Of a DNA stretch of 46,378 bases, positions 20,601-27,420 are shown piece by piece. The translations under genes were made by a program, and so were the position numbers. The notes below the pieces were generated by a model. The model was not told the origin of the DNA, ran no database searches, and was given only the letters and a program-made list of their open reading frames with translations. Each line of letters opens with the position of its first letter. Within the stretch, counting starts at the first letter, position 1. Origin of the DNA: Thermoplasmatota archaeon (GTDB lineage Archaea > Thermoplasmatota > E2 > UBA202 > JdFR-43); NCBI GenBank assembly GCA_029259015.1, contig JAPDJQ010000059.1:1-46378 (forward strand), written 5' to 3'.

Positions 20601-23600
20601 CAGAGATAATGACCACTGAAGTTTGTCCGTATTTCTTCATCATCGTAATAATCTCTGATATCTACAACCTGTCCATATTTTGATACATTATCGCTCTCAT
20701 TTGCAGGATGCCATACGTCATTGTAGTAATAGCCAAAGTATATTCCTTCTATGCCAGAGGCACATGGATTGTCTGTATATGACATTATCTGGAATTTCCA
20801 GTCAAAATCTGTTTTTTCTTCTCCGCTTATCCATGCATGCCCTCTCGTATATTTATCTTCTGTTGCAAAATACCATGATGCATTTGATGGTGGATTTCCA
20901 TGTGCTTCAATATAATATGTTTCGCCTGGTGTAACTGCAATTCCTGGTTCAAACGTGAATGTTACCCAGTCCTCGCCTGTTCCGCTTAAATGCTTGCTTG
21001 CGCTTCCAATTACTGCAAAGCTTGCATCATGTATGTAAATGGTTACGTCCACATCTCCTATCCATTTCAGATACAACGCTGTTGCATTTATATAACTTGC
21101 ATTTGGCATAAATGTTTGTGCATCCCATGGCCATATTACACCTGTGGTATAATTCTGCAATGTATCCAACTCATTTCCCTCTGTCTGGGCTTGATCCACA
21201 ACAACCAGTTTTTCTGGTGTATCAACAGCAGTTAAGTTAATTCTTGCACATTTCTGTATAAATGGCACGGGATCAACAATCAAATCCCAGGTGACATTTT
21301 CAATAGTCCAGTTATGCCACTCGTTGGTTTCAGTATCATTTAGCATTATCTTTGTTCCAATATCCAATGGTGCGCTTGACCATGTGAGATTATACATATT
21401 ACTGAATGTTGGATAAACTTCATGCCATAATGAACCAAGTGGATTCGACTTGAGGATACTGAAATCGGATGTCCAGGAACCATCATAATAGCCAGTAAAC
21501 TCCACATATTTTGTCTTATTGAGTGTCTCATTATATATCTCAAGTGTTATTGTCATATTCTTTATGAGGTAAAGACGATGTACTCCATATTGAGTGTCCA
21601 CGAGTTCTATATAATCTCCATCATCTGCTATGTTGTTTCCGTTACTATCAACATAGCTATCAAATTTTGGATAATAGGTGCCCTCATATTCTCTTCCGAA
21701 TTCATCAGTTGGATAGAACTGTGTCCAGTTTAAGTAAGCAATCCACTCCTCCAATGTAGGAGTGGTCCATGGGTTAGCTTCTGCAGGCCAGTTATTAGGA
21801 TGCAGATATATTATAGGTTCATCCTTATAGCATACTGGATGTTCCTTGTAAACCTCTGGGTCATAAGCATCAACATATATGTCAACCTTCGTTATATTAT
21901 CACTTGTATTAATTGTATTATCCAGCCAGTCTGAAGCTTCATAGAAGTAATATATTGAATGCAAGCATTCCCTATTAAATCTTAACGGAACCGATGCAGT
22001 TCTTGGCACAATCTTCCACCATAACTCACCATTTATTTCAACAACCTCTCCATATTCATCATCACTGTAATTTGCTGGATGCTTTTCTTTCTCTGGAGTT
22101 GTATAATTCCAGTATTCATATCTCCAGTAGAATGTGAAATCTCTCCATCCAACTGCACATTCTGGCTCATCTGTCAAGTTAAGCCAGAATGTTTTGCCCG
22201 CCCTTACAAACTGCTTTCCTGTCTCCTCATCATAATAGAAGCCATGCACATCTGGATATTCTATATGCAATTCTGGCGGGCTATCATCTACATAATGAGT
22301 CTGATTTATAATGCGTACATTACCAAGCAAATCCTCTGCTCTTATCTGCAATATATGCTTGCATTCTTCATGGAACTGTATCTTTGTGAATTCAACTGTA
22401 TCATTAATTGCAACATACCAGTATTTGCCATCTACATAGGTTATGTTATAATTACCACAATACATGTCCTTGCCATCTACTGGATGCCATGTATCATTGA
22501 ACCATATTCTGTAAAGTAGATTCTTCACTCCTACTCCTCCCATGCACCATTCATCCCATGTACTCAGAACTAATGTTGCCTGAGTAGTAAGCCATGTTCC
22601 ATTTAAGCCATCATGCTCTTCTCCCACACTATATTCTGTATATTCCATTGGATAGAAGTATGGATATATTGGATAATACTCTATCTTGAAGGCAAAATCA
22701 CATGAATAATTAACTTCTCCATCTACAATTGCGTATCCGCCTGCATATGGATTGCTTTCGTTGTAATACCAGTGTAAATCAGCATATGATTTTACAGTAA
22801 GCCAGTATGTTGCACCATGCTCCACATATAGACGCTCTGTCAAATGGAACTGTATCCATCCATCTACCTCGTCATCTATTTGTTTAACTTCTGAAGATGC
22901 CAACAGATTTCCTTCGTCATCCCATATCTCCACCCATGTATCATTTGTCTCAAACACTACATCTCCTGAACCAACTAACTTAACGCTTACAGCATCAATA
23001 TAACTCCATGGAGCAGCGAAACTCTGATTATCATCCCACATTGACCCTCCTTCTCTAAGATTTCTTATAGAAACAAATTTTCCATCTAGGGTTTGTTCTA
23101 GCGCTACTATCTTCTCAATATCTTTTCTTATGGCTGGTGGTGTATTATCTACCCAGTGCTTCTGCTTAGTAGACATATTGTTGCCAACATAATCCATTGC
23201 CCAGTAGTGTATCTCATGGCAGCAATCATATTCCAAGAATGTAACATTTGAGATATAACCTACTCTTGGATCCAAATCTCCTTTTTCATTATCAATAATA
23301 ACTACCTTCTCATATCTTGTTGTATTCCATTGCTCGCTTTCATTAGTACAATTTTCCTTCCACCATATCTCATAGCCAAACTTCCATACTCCTGCTCCGC
23401 CTCCGCAGCCAACATCACTTATATTGAACCAGATTGGTGTGCGATTTGTTACCCAAGTTGCATTTCCATAAATGCCTGGCTGCTTTGGTTCTCCAATCTC
23501 TTTAACTATTACAGGTGGTGAACAATCAACGGCGATATCAATATCAAATGGTCCATTGTGATTGCCTAGATAATCATCCATCTCCCATATTATTTCATGG

Positions 23601-24604
23601 AAGCATTCCTCTCCAATAAACTGATTTATATCCACAGATATCCTGCCAACTGTCTCGTCCAAATCGTATACGCCATTATCCATTACACTAACTTCAGTAA
23701 TCAAATCAAAAGGTCCAGGCTGATCTGGATTCCACCATATTGAGAAGTTAAGCCAAGCTGCACCGCTTGCATCATCTGTTACATTAATCCACATTGGTGT
23801 GGTACAATTTATTGCAGGGAATCCCTGAATTGTGTAATTCGGCTCACCAAATACTGGTGCCGTATATGGAGGAGGTGTTGTATCATATCCTGCACCCGCA
23901 TCTGCAGTCGAAGGAGCGGCTTCAGTATTACCTGCTGTATCATTTGCTATACTATAAAACTCATAAAATCCTTCTCCATCTGGAAAATCAAACGAGAATG
24001 ACCATCCATCACTTCCATCGGTGTCTTTTGCAAAGAATGCCCATGCACCCCATGTTGCATTATCTGTTGAATATCTATACCACAGAGAAACATTTGCCAA
24101 AGCATAATTATCACTTGCTGTAACTGTTATTGTAATAGGTGCATTATTAGTCCAATATGGTACAATAGGATCAACAGTCGATGTTGGAGGTGTGGTGTCT
24201 TGTACTACAAAGGTACCTGATGACGAGCTCCATCCTGTACCATCATATGTATTTACAGTATAGGAATATGTTCCTAATGGGTCTGGATATTGATAAGTTC
24301 TATTATAATACCATATAGTGTAATATGTATTAATGGGTATAGGATTCATTGAAAAATTACCCAATAAGGTTCCATCTGGATAATAAATTTCAACCCATGC
24401 TTCAGTAGCATCGCTTATATTCGCAGTTATGTTATTATATCCTGGAACTTCTACTGGATCTGGTGCATCATCTACCGAATTTATTGTAGGTTGTGCCATT
24501 ACATAAATTACAAACGCTACTATTACAGCAACAGCTATTGCCATTATCCCCATTACCAGCTTCTTATTTCTAATACCCTTATCCTTCATACTTATTCTAC
24601 TCAT
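14618..24604 (-). CDS. Giant (3328 aa) secreted adhesin-like protein with Cys-rich Ig-like repeats, cleaved-adhesin/MAM-like domains and C-terminal dockerin
   Basis: N-terminal hydrophobic signal; repeated F.EEC.H..YY.AKD motif; adhesin-like domains (LISP.I...VDLSAYAGQEIYIGF; GWYVDDVKV); C-terminal duplicated Ca-binding loops DINGDGRVNVMDL and DLNKDGVINADDI; many N-x-S/T sequons. Confidence 0.85.
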   Translation of the reverse strand: MSRISMKDKGIRNKKLVMGIMAIAVAVIVAFVIYVMAQPTINSVDDAPDPVEVPGYNNITANISDATEAWVEIYYPDGTLLGNFSMNPIPINTYYTIWYYNRTYQYPDPLGTYSYTVNTYDGTGWSSSSGTFVVQDTTPPTSTVDPIVPYWTNNAPITITVTASDNYALANVSLWYRYSTDNATWGAWAFFAKDTDGSDGWSFSFDFPDGEGFYEFYSIANDTAGNTEAAPSTADAGAGYDTTPPPYTAPVFGEPNYTIQGFPAINCTTPMWINVTDDASGAAWLNFSIWWNPDQPGPFDLITEVSVMDNGVYDLDETVGRISVDINQFIGEECFHEIIWEMDDYLGNHNGPFDIDIAVDCSPPVIVKEIGEPKQPGIYGNATWVTNRTPIWFNISDVGCGGGAGVWKFGYEIWWKENCTNESEQWNTTRYEKVVIIDNEKGDLDPRVGYISNVTFLEYDCCHEIHYWAMDYVGNNMSTKQKHWVDNTPPAIRKDIEKIVALEQTLDGKFVSIRNLREGGSMWDDNQSFAAPWSYIDAVSVKLVGSGDVVFETNDTWVEIWDDEGNLLASSEVKQIDDEVDGWIQFHLTERLYVEHGATYWLTVKSYADLHWYYNESNPYAGGYAIVDGEVNYSCDFAFKIEYYPIYPYFYPMEYTEYSVGEEHDGLNGTWLTTQATLVLSTWDEWCMGGVGVKNLLYRIWFNDTWHPVDGKDMYCGNYNITYVDGKYWYVAINDTVEFTKIQFHEECKHILQIRAEDLLGNVRIINQTHYVDDSPPELHIEYPDVHGFYYDEETGKQFVRAGKTFWLNLTDEPECAVGWRDFTFYWRYEYWNYTTPEKEKHPANYSDDEYGEVVEINGELWWKIVPRTASVPLRFNRECLHSIYYFYEASDWLDNTINTSDNITKVDIYVDAYDPEVYKEHPVCYKDEPIIYLHPNNWPAEANPWTTPTLEEWIAYLNWTQFYPTDEFGREYEGTYYPKFDSYVDSNGNNIADDGDYIELVDTQYGVHRLYLIKNMTITLEIYNETLNKTKYVEFTGYYDGSWTSDFSILKSNPLGSLWHEVYPTFSNMYNLTWSSAPLDIGTKIMLNDTETNEWHNWTIENVTWDLIVDPVPFIQKCARINLTAVDTPEKLVVVDQAQTEGNELDTLQNYTTGVIWPWDAQTFMPNASYINATALYLKWIGDVDVTIYIHDASFAVIGSASKHLSGTGEDWVTFTFEPGIAVTPGETYYIEAHGNPPSNASWYFATEDKYTRGHAWISGEEKTDFDWKFQIMSYTDNPCASGIEGIYFGYYYNDVWHPANESDNVSKYGQVVDIRDYYDDEEIRTNFSGHYLWYVYDDSIGVHFREECIHWLYYWAKDNVCHHTPVYMQVYHVDEYNPVVYKKHPEHGYYTPVEIEVDRWHDDGSNKYEGFFKVIDEWTDWYGGGWMQQQAGNYIDKYTYARFTITNNDPNKAAILTFHIEEVEGDDGITLENGTNLDSITFTVEVSPQSTHYVYVYVYDNWEFLREGIWHWWVEIENVTYYLKAGVNITLTAEDPGECPSGIEAIFWRYVWNDTEYPQEGEYGAINGSQFAIYGYDENITGYWWYVVYDNETNISFDEECRHDLYYWAKDRACHNSTVHHQVYFVDASPPIIEETLPEHGAIGNATQSLFEDFEVPFTDWAVVGDWYRISDWWPYWDNMPRSGRYCAYGEDGWLISPRITVPQDGNLTFYYMGNGEFEVKVSTDPDQTETTAFVTQLWTSGTFTDSMYRRVEVDLSAYAGQEIYIGFHVISGEIYIDDVWIGGIHRIATPFEDDIEDSMAWDIEDLTVTGSYWTAVNRVPVYLDTPPAPAVNCYDGSLPNYNGFGQYGCNWNDTLTIANPIDLSSLDPSDTVWLNFTLWMDVSGDTLYVEASNDSSNWDILATFTADQSWEWESIDLSDYIGNDTVWIRFRFVSDDDAVPANGVFIDSVNVSNSTTPFFFDDFGTVGSPDMSNWVGEMLETSRWHIVDTDYHSYNHSWWCGDDSSSMYLNCMNDALISPAIDLTDATYTGKKAMLMFWHTYDMEEDADYGYVEISTDGTTWTTLATYTGSRDWVQEFVDISGYIGQTVYIRYRFYSDNSVKDGGWYVDDVKVEIREITETTFEDGFERSFPPAGWMEKSYGDYDAINDTDYQTWDRWSHPDSNLFRYSAALIMPWHGEQDEWLISPLIPNLPKFSNLTFYNEWYCNRGKGEVLISTTGTDPADFTVLRSWDASNYSESGTVDISLWDYAGKDVYIAFRFTTNYGDGFTGSGYYNEYWAVDNINITSLGFLREGAPIHLEVIDQPIDSECDAGVEAIFWRYETGGEEYPYPPQGDGYGTGYDEIVHGKELAERYGYTDENITDYWWYVVYDDEVDIIFNEECIHDLYYFAKDNVCHRTEIFHERWYVDGTAPYTELTVEWADHPEIPKNDYYDGYGRGSLPSVICINDYINLTAIHYGTEPCIYPYNWSNATYYRWVWYNESSGEYEYYPTAETPGAIWGGDINVSSYADEIDGYWWMKYTEPFNFTEGCEHWLYYFSKDDLCNTEEPNVWHVGVDDEAPVTDIEFEVSNGNVYYGPDNTIYFQNCTWFIINATDLPNNTECQTGIWYIDYTVWRWVSNEVEIQLLTNELPTLYYGATVYIEGEEAGYIYDWIDTNGDGNWSVSDYMYVYWTSPYDTMYDDGWYHVEDIDFTGVWTLKIRDVFGGAGYWEPIIPWTRAYSLYDSSPYDGIFYDGGYWDDYFAIWIHLGELVNGDPCGKYEIHWEVYDYNNMTIGEQKQDVCIDCTPPRTKKEFSEPVIEQEIAGGEVIHWVSPSTKIWLNGTDNFIWDSGVNETWYKFWEEDPILLWKYGADTFEQPYYPGVFTTSKHWFTVDEAAQIMGYDDIIDYFESNPSLDAGIVELFHWSVDNVSHVEDYQLSKQHLWVDAMPPISRVDDIVPYVREEVPFDITVVDIEDFGFEAVGPIGVCKVDVYYSYSSNNVTFGDWKLYATYEVPWDLRNDVPNWTFSFDAPEGPGWYRFKSIAYDCLANEEQPPFEHGTYDAECWVIPDTEPPVITKEYGQPCIEINLGEEIGHAITSDTLIWLNATDMPEEDDAGIDKIFWSFDGITWYETASYDGAHTASHSFTPAAFGLAEGTLYHIFFKATDMLGHITDEYKQKFIIDDTAPVTSISIEGNDTMPFNITVTASDNVVGVKKLTLYYRYSEDGVTWTSWMEYGSVEDVDSYTWQFIYAPHPTYYKPGYYEFYVYAEDYLGNAKSTTPTAEASCYVPPIPEDINGDGRVNVMDLYQIILHWEETGTPGWIPEDLNKDGVINADDIYMLILKWTG

Positions 24605-24654
24605 TTTTTTCCCCCCTTATTTTGCCTAAACATGCTATTAGGTTAGGAATATTG

Positions 24655-24680
24655 TGGCTCTTTATATAAATTTCTATTTT
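24655..24680 (-). promoter_or_regulatory. Putative BRE/TATA promoter of the giant-protein/scaffoldin operon
   Basis: Minus strand GAAATTTATATAAAG about 60 nt upstream of ATG 24604. Confidence 0.45.
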
Positions 24681-24774
24681 TTTCAGGATTTTCTATCTGT
24701 TAGCCCCCTATAAAAATCTTACAAAAAATAATGATAAATTAAGTTTGGGAGCTTTTTACTTGATGAATGATTCC

Positions 24775-25317
24775 TTACCCTTCTTTAACTATCTTCAAAA
24801 TTTCCTTAAATTCTTTTGTATCTGCCGATTCAAGCATTTCATATATTGCTATTTCAGCAGTTGTTGGGATGATGCCACCTTGTATCATCTTTTCTATTGC
24901 AACTTCTTTATCTTTTTCCTTTCTTGAACCAATGCAATCTAACGCAACATGCACCTCATATCCATCTTCCAGTAAATCTAAAGCTGTTTGCAAAACACAT
25001 ATGTGAGCTTCTATTCCGATAATGATGCATTTCTTCCTATTCGCTTCCTCTAACTTTTCAACGAAACTTTCGTTTCTGAAACAGCTGAATGTGATTTTTT
25101 CTATTACCTCTATACCTTCTATTTCTCGCTTTATTTCCTCAACAATATCTCCAAGTTTTTTCTGCTTTGTTATTAAAATAGGGATGCCAAAAACTTTTGC
25201 TGCTTTTATGAGTTTGCAAGCATTTTTCAAAATTTGCTCTTTCCCTTCGATATGGGGTAGCATTCTTTCCTGAAAATCAATTAAGATTAACAATGCATTG
25301 TGTTTATCAAGCATCAT
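24775..25317 (-). CDS. Isochorismatase-family (cysteine hydrolase) protein
   Basis: LILIDFQE, IEKITFSCF, GIEAHICVLQTALDL, DCIGSR. Confidence 0.9.
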   Translation of the reverse strand: MMLDKHNALLILIDFQERMLPHIEGKEQILKNACKLIKAAKVFGIPILITKQKKLGDIVEEIKREIEGIEVIEKITFSCFRNESFVEKLEEANRKKCIIIGIEAHICVLQTALDLLEDGYEVHVALDCIGSRKEKDKEVAIEKMIQGGIIPTTAEIAIYEMLESADTKEFKEILKIVKEG

Positions 25318-25916
25318 AATTCTGCTTCAAAGTCTTCCACACTATACTGGAATTGCTCATCGCTTTTTATCTGCCCTCTCGCCTTCAGAATCTCCCTAGT
25401 CAGCAACCAGTAAGTCAATGCCAGAGATTTTCTACCTTTATTATTTACAGGTATTATCAAATCAACATATCTTGTCTCATTATTTGTATCACATAAGGCG
25501 ACGATGGGTATTCCAATTTTTATTGCTTCTGCCATTGCCTGCTTATCTCCTATTGGATCATTAACAAGTAAAATATCCACCTCATGATAATTACCGCACA
25601 ATGGATTTGTTAAAGTGCCGGGCAAAAATCTTCCAGGCTGTGCAATAAATCCACAAATTTCAGCCATCTTCGTTATGGGTTTCCTTGCATAATGTCGGAC
25701 TGCTGCCACCATCACTTTTTCTGGTTCATATCTGGCAAGTAATTTTGCAGCCTGCCTTATTCTTTTATCTGTCTCCTCAATATTTATCAGATACAAACCA
25801 TCATTTCTCACTTTTGCAATAAATGGTTTCATGTGTGCTGTCTTCTGCTGAGTACCTATTTCAGCGCCGCACGATATATACATTTCCTCTGGAACCAACA
25901 GTTTCTTTTCTTCCAT
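25314..25916 (-). CDS. rps2: 30S ribosomal protein uS2
   Basis: G.EIGTQQK, R.DGLYLINI, GRFLPGTLTNP, IPIVALCDTNN, IPVNNKGRKSLAL. Confidence 0.97.
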   Translation of the reverse strand: MEEKKLLVPEEMYISCGAEIGTQQKTAHMKPFIAKVRNDGLYLINIEETDKRIRQAAKLLARYEPEKVMVAAVRHYARKPITKMAEICGFIAQPGRFLPGTLTNPLCGNYHEVDILLVNDPIGDKQAMAEAIKIGIPIVALCDTNNETRYVDLIIPVNNKGRKSLALTYWLLTREILKARGQIKSDEQFQYSVEDFEAEL

Positions 25917-25925
25917 TATGCCACC

Positions 25926-26123
25926 TTATACAACAGGCCCTTTTATATATTTTCCTCTCCTCCTCACTGTTATTGGTATACGTCCTTTCTCAAATTCAAG
26001 CAGGGCAATTTCTAAAGGATCTATTAACCCTGAAGGCGGTTTTACAAGTAATGGTGCACCCATTGCAATTTGCAATGCCCTTGCCCCTATGATTCTTGCT
26101 TTTTCAAACCTTGTATACTTCAA
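25926..26123 (-). CDS. rpoK: RNA polymerase subunit Rpo6 (RpoK)
   Basis: [22 protein letters not shown]...DPLEIALLE...IPITVRR; TTG start after GGGGAT. Confidence 0.96.
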   Translation of the reverse strand: MKYTRFEKARIIGARALQIAMGAPLLVKPPSGLIDPLEIALLEFEKGRIPITVRRRGKYIKGPVV

Positions 26124-26173
26124 ATTATCCCCTTAAAACTTGCAAATTGGTATATAAATTGTATTTAAAAAAT

Positions 26174-26836
26174 TTACCTTTTGTCACTTTTTTCTCCTAG
26201 AGCTTTCTTTATTTCTTCCAGAAACATTTCCTCTGGAATTGCTCCAACTATTTCTCTTTCATCATTTATTATTGTTTTGGGCACGCCCATAACATTGTAT
26301 TTCTGGGCTAGGTGAGGAAACTCAATTGCCTCTATCATATCAGCCCTTATATTTTCGTTTTCCACTGCCATCTGATGAGCTATATGCACCATTGTGGGAC
26401 AGTAGGGGCATGTTGGAGTGACAAAAACTTGTATATGTAATGGTTGTTCTATCTTCTTTATCTCTTCTCTAACCTCTTCCTTAAGGTTTGTTTTTCCTGT
26501 CGAAGCATGTATTATATCCTCTATCAACGTTGAAAATTCATAGCCAGAAGGGATGCCAAAGAAACGAATGCCATATTCCTTTTTCCCAAAAATTAAAGTT
26601 GCAGGAATTTTATCTACGCCATATTTTTCTGCAACTTCCTTCTCCTTATCAAACTCGTGCACTTCCAGTCGTATCTTATCACTTAAAGCAGTAATTTCTT
26701 CAAGAATTTGTCTAGTTTCTTTACAAAACTGGCATTCAAAATCCTGTGTGAAATAAATTATTTTTACTTCTCCTTCCATTTCTTTTTCAAATCTATCCCG
26801 TATGTATTTTTTATCCTCGTCGCTTATAAACGGCAT
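26174..26836 (-). CDS. Protein disulfide oxidoreductase (two thioredoxin folds, PDO/glutaredoxin-like)
   Basis: Two CxxC motifs (CQFC, CPYC), GIPSGYEFSTL, VMGVPK. Confidence 0.92.
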   Translation of the reverse strand: MPFISDEDKKYIRDRFEKEMEGEVKIIYFTQDFECQFCKETRQILEEITALSDKIRLEVHEFDKEKEVAEKYGVDKIPATLIFGKKEYGIRFFGIPSGYEFSTLIEDIIHASTGKTNLKEEVREEIKKIEQPLHIQVFVTPTCPYCPTMVHIAHQMAVENENIRADMIEAIEFPHLAQKYNVMGVPKTIINDEREIVGAIPEEMFLEEIKKALGEKSDKR

Positions 26837-27107
26837 GCAATGAGAAAGAGCATATAATATAAAAAGGTTTTTTTAAAAAATTAAAGAGAAGCATGAATTG
26901 GATGAATAGTATCGGGTATTTTGCATGATGATAAAAAAGATAAAAATGCTAATATCCATGTTCGATCACTCACTTCTAGAAATAAAATCTAGAATTTTTT
27001 ACTGAATTCATGCTGCAACAATATCATCATTCATTTTTATCCTACAATTTTTAGCATTCCTTTATAATAGAAAAATATTTTTATCACTCACCAATTCAGG
27101 AGCATAA

Positions 27108-27416
27108 ATGATAGAAGAATTGAAGAAGATTAAAGAGGAGGAGGAAAAAGCTCTAGAAAACATTGAAAAAGCTAAGAAAGAGGCAGACTGGATAGTCAAG
27201 AAGGCAATGGAAAAAGCTGAAAAGGAGAGAAAGGCAATTATTGAAGAGGCTAAAAAAGAGGCAGAGTCTATAGTTGAGGAGGCAAAAAAGGAGGCAGAGA
27301 AAGAAGCTAGAAAAATAATTGAAAAAGCTAAGAAAGAGGCAGAGATACTCAAAGAAAAATTGAAGGATAAAATAGATGGACTGGCAGATGAAATAATAGA
27401 AGAAATAATAATGTGA
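27108..27416 (+). CDS. atpH: A-type ATP synthase subunit H (peripheral stalk)
   Basis: E/K/A-rich coiled coil, first gene of the H-I-K-E-C-F-A-B-D operon. Confidence 0.85.
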   Translation: MIEELKKIKEEEEKALENIEKAKKEADWIVKKAMEKAEKERKAIIEEAKKEAESIVEEAKKEAEKEARKIIEKAKKEAEILKEKLKDKIDGLADEIIEEIIM

Positions 27417-27420
27417 TAAA

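Noticed and set aside
14618-24604. Diversity-generating retroelement target or protease domain in the giant gene
   Set aside because: No reverse transcriptase, no adenine-specific TR/VR pair, and no convincing HExxH or subtilase catalytic motif recognised
27108-27416. Repetitive GAGGC/AAAAAG pattern as a DNA repeat or CRISPR
   Set aside because: Explained by EEAKKEAE coiled-coil codons of subunit H; no repeat-spacer structure seen anywhere in the window
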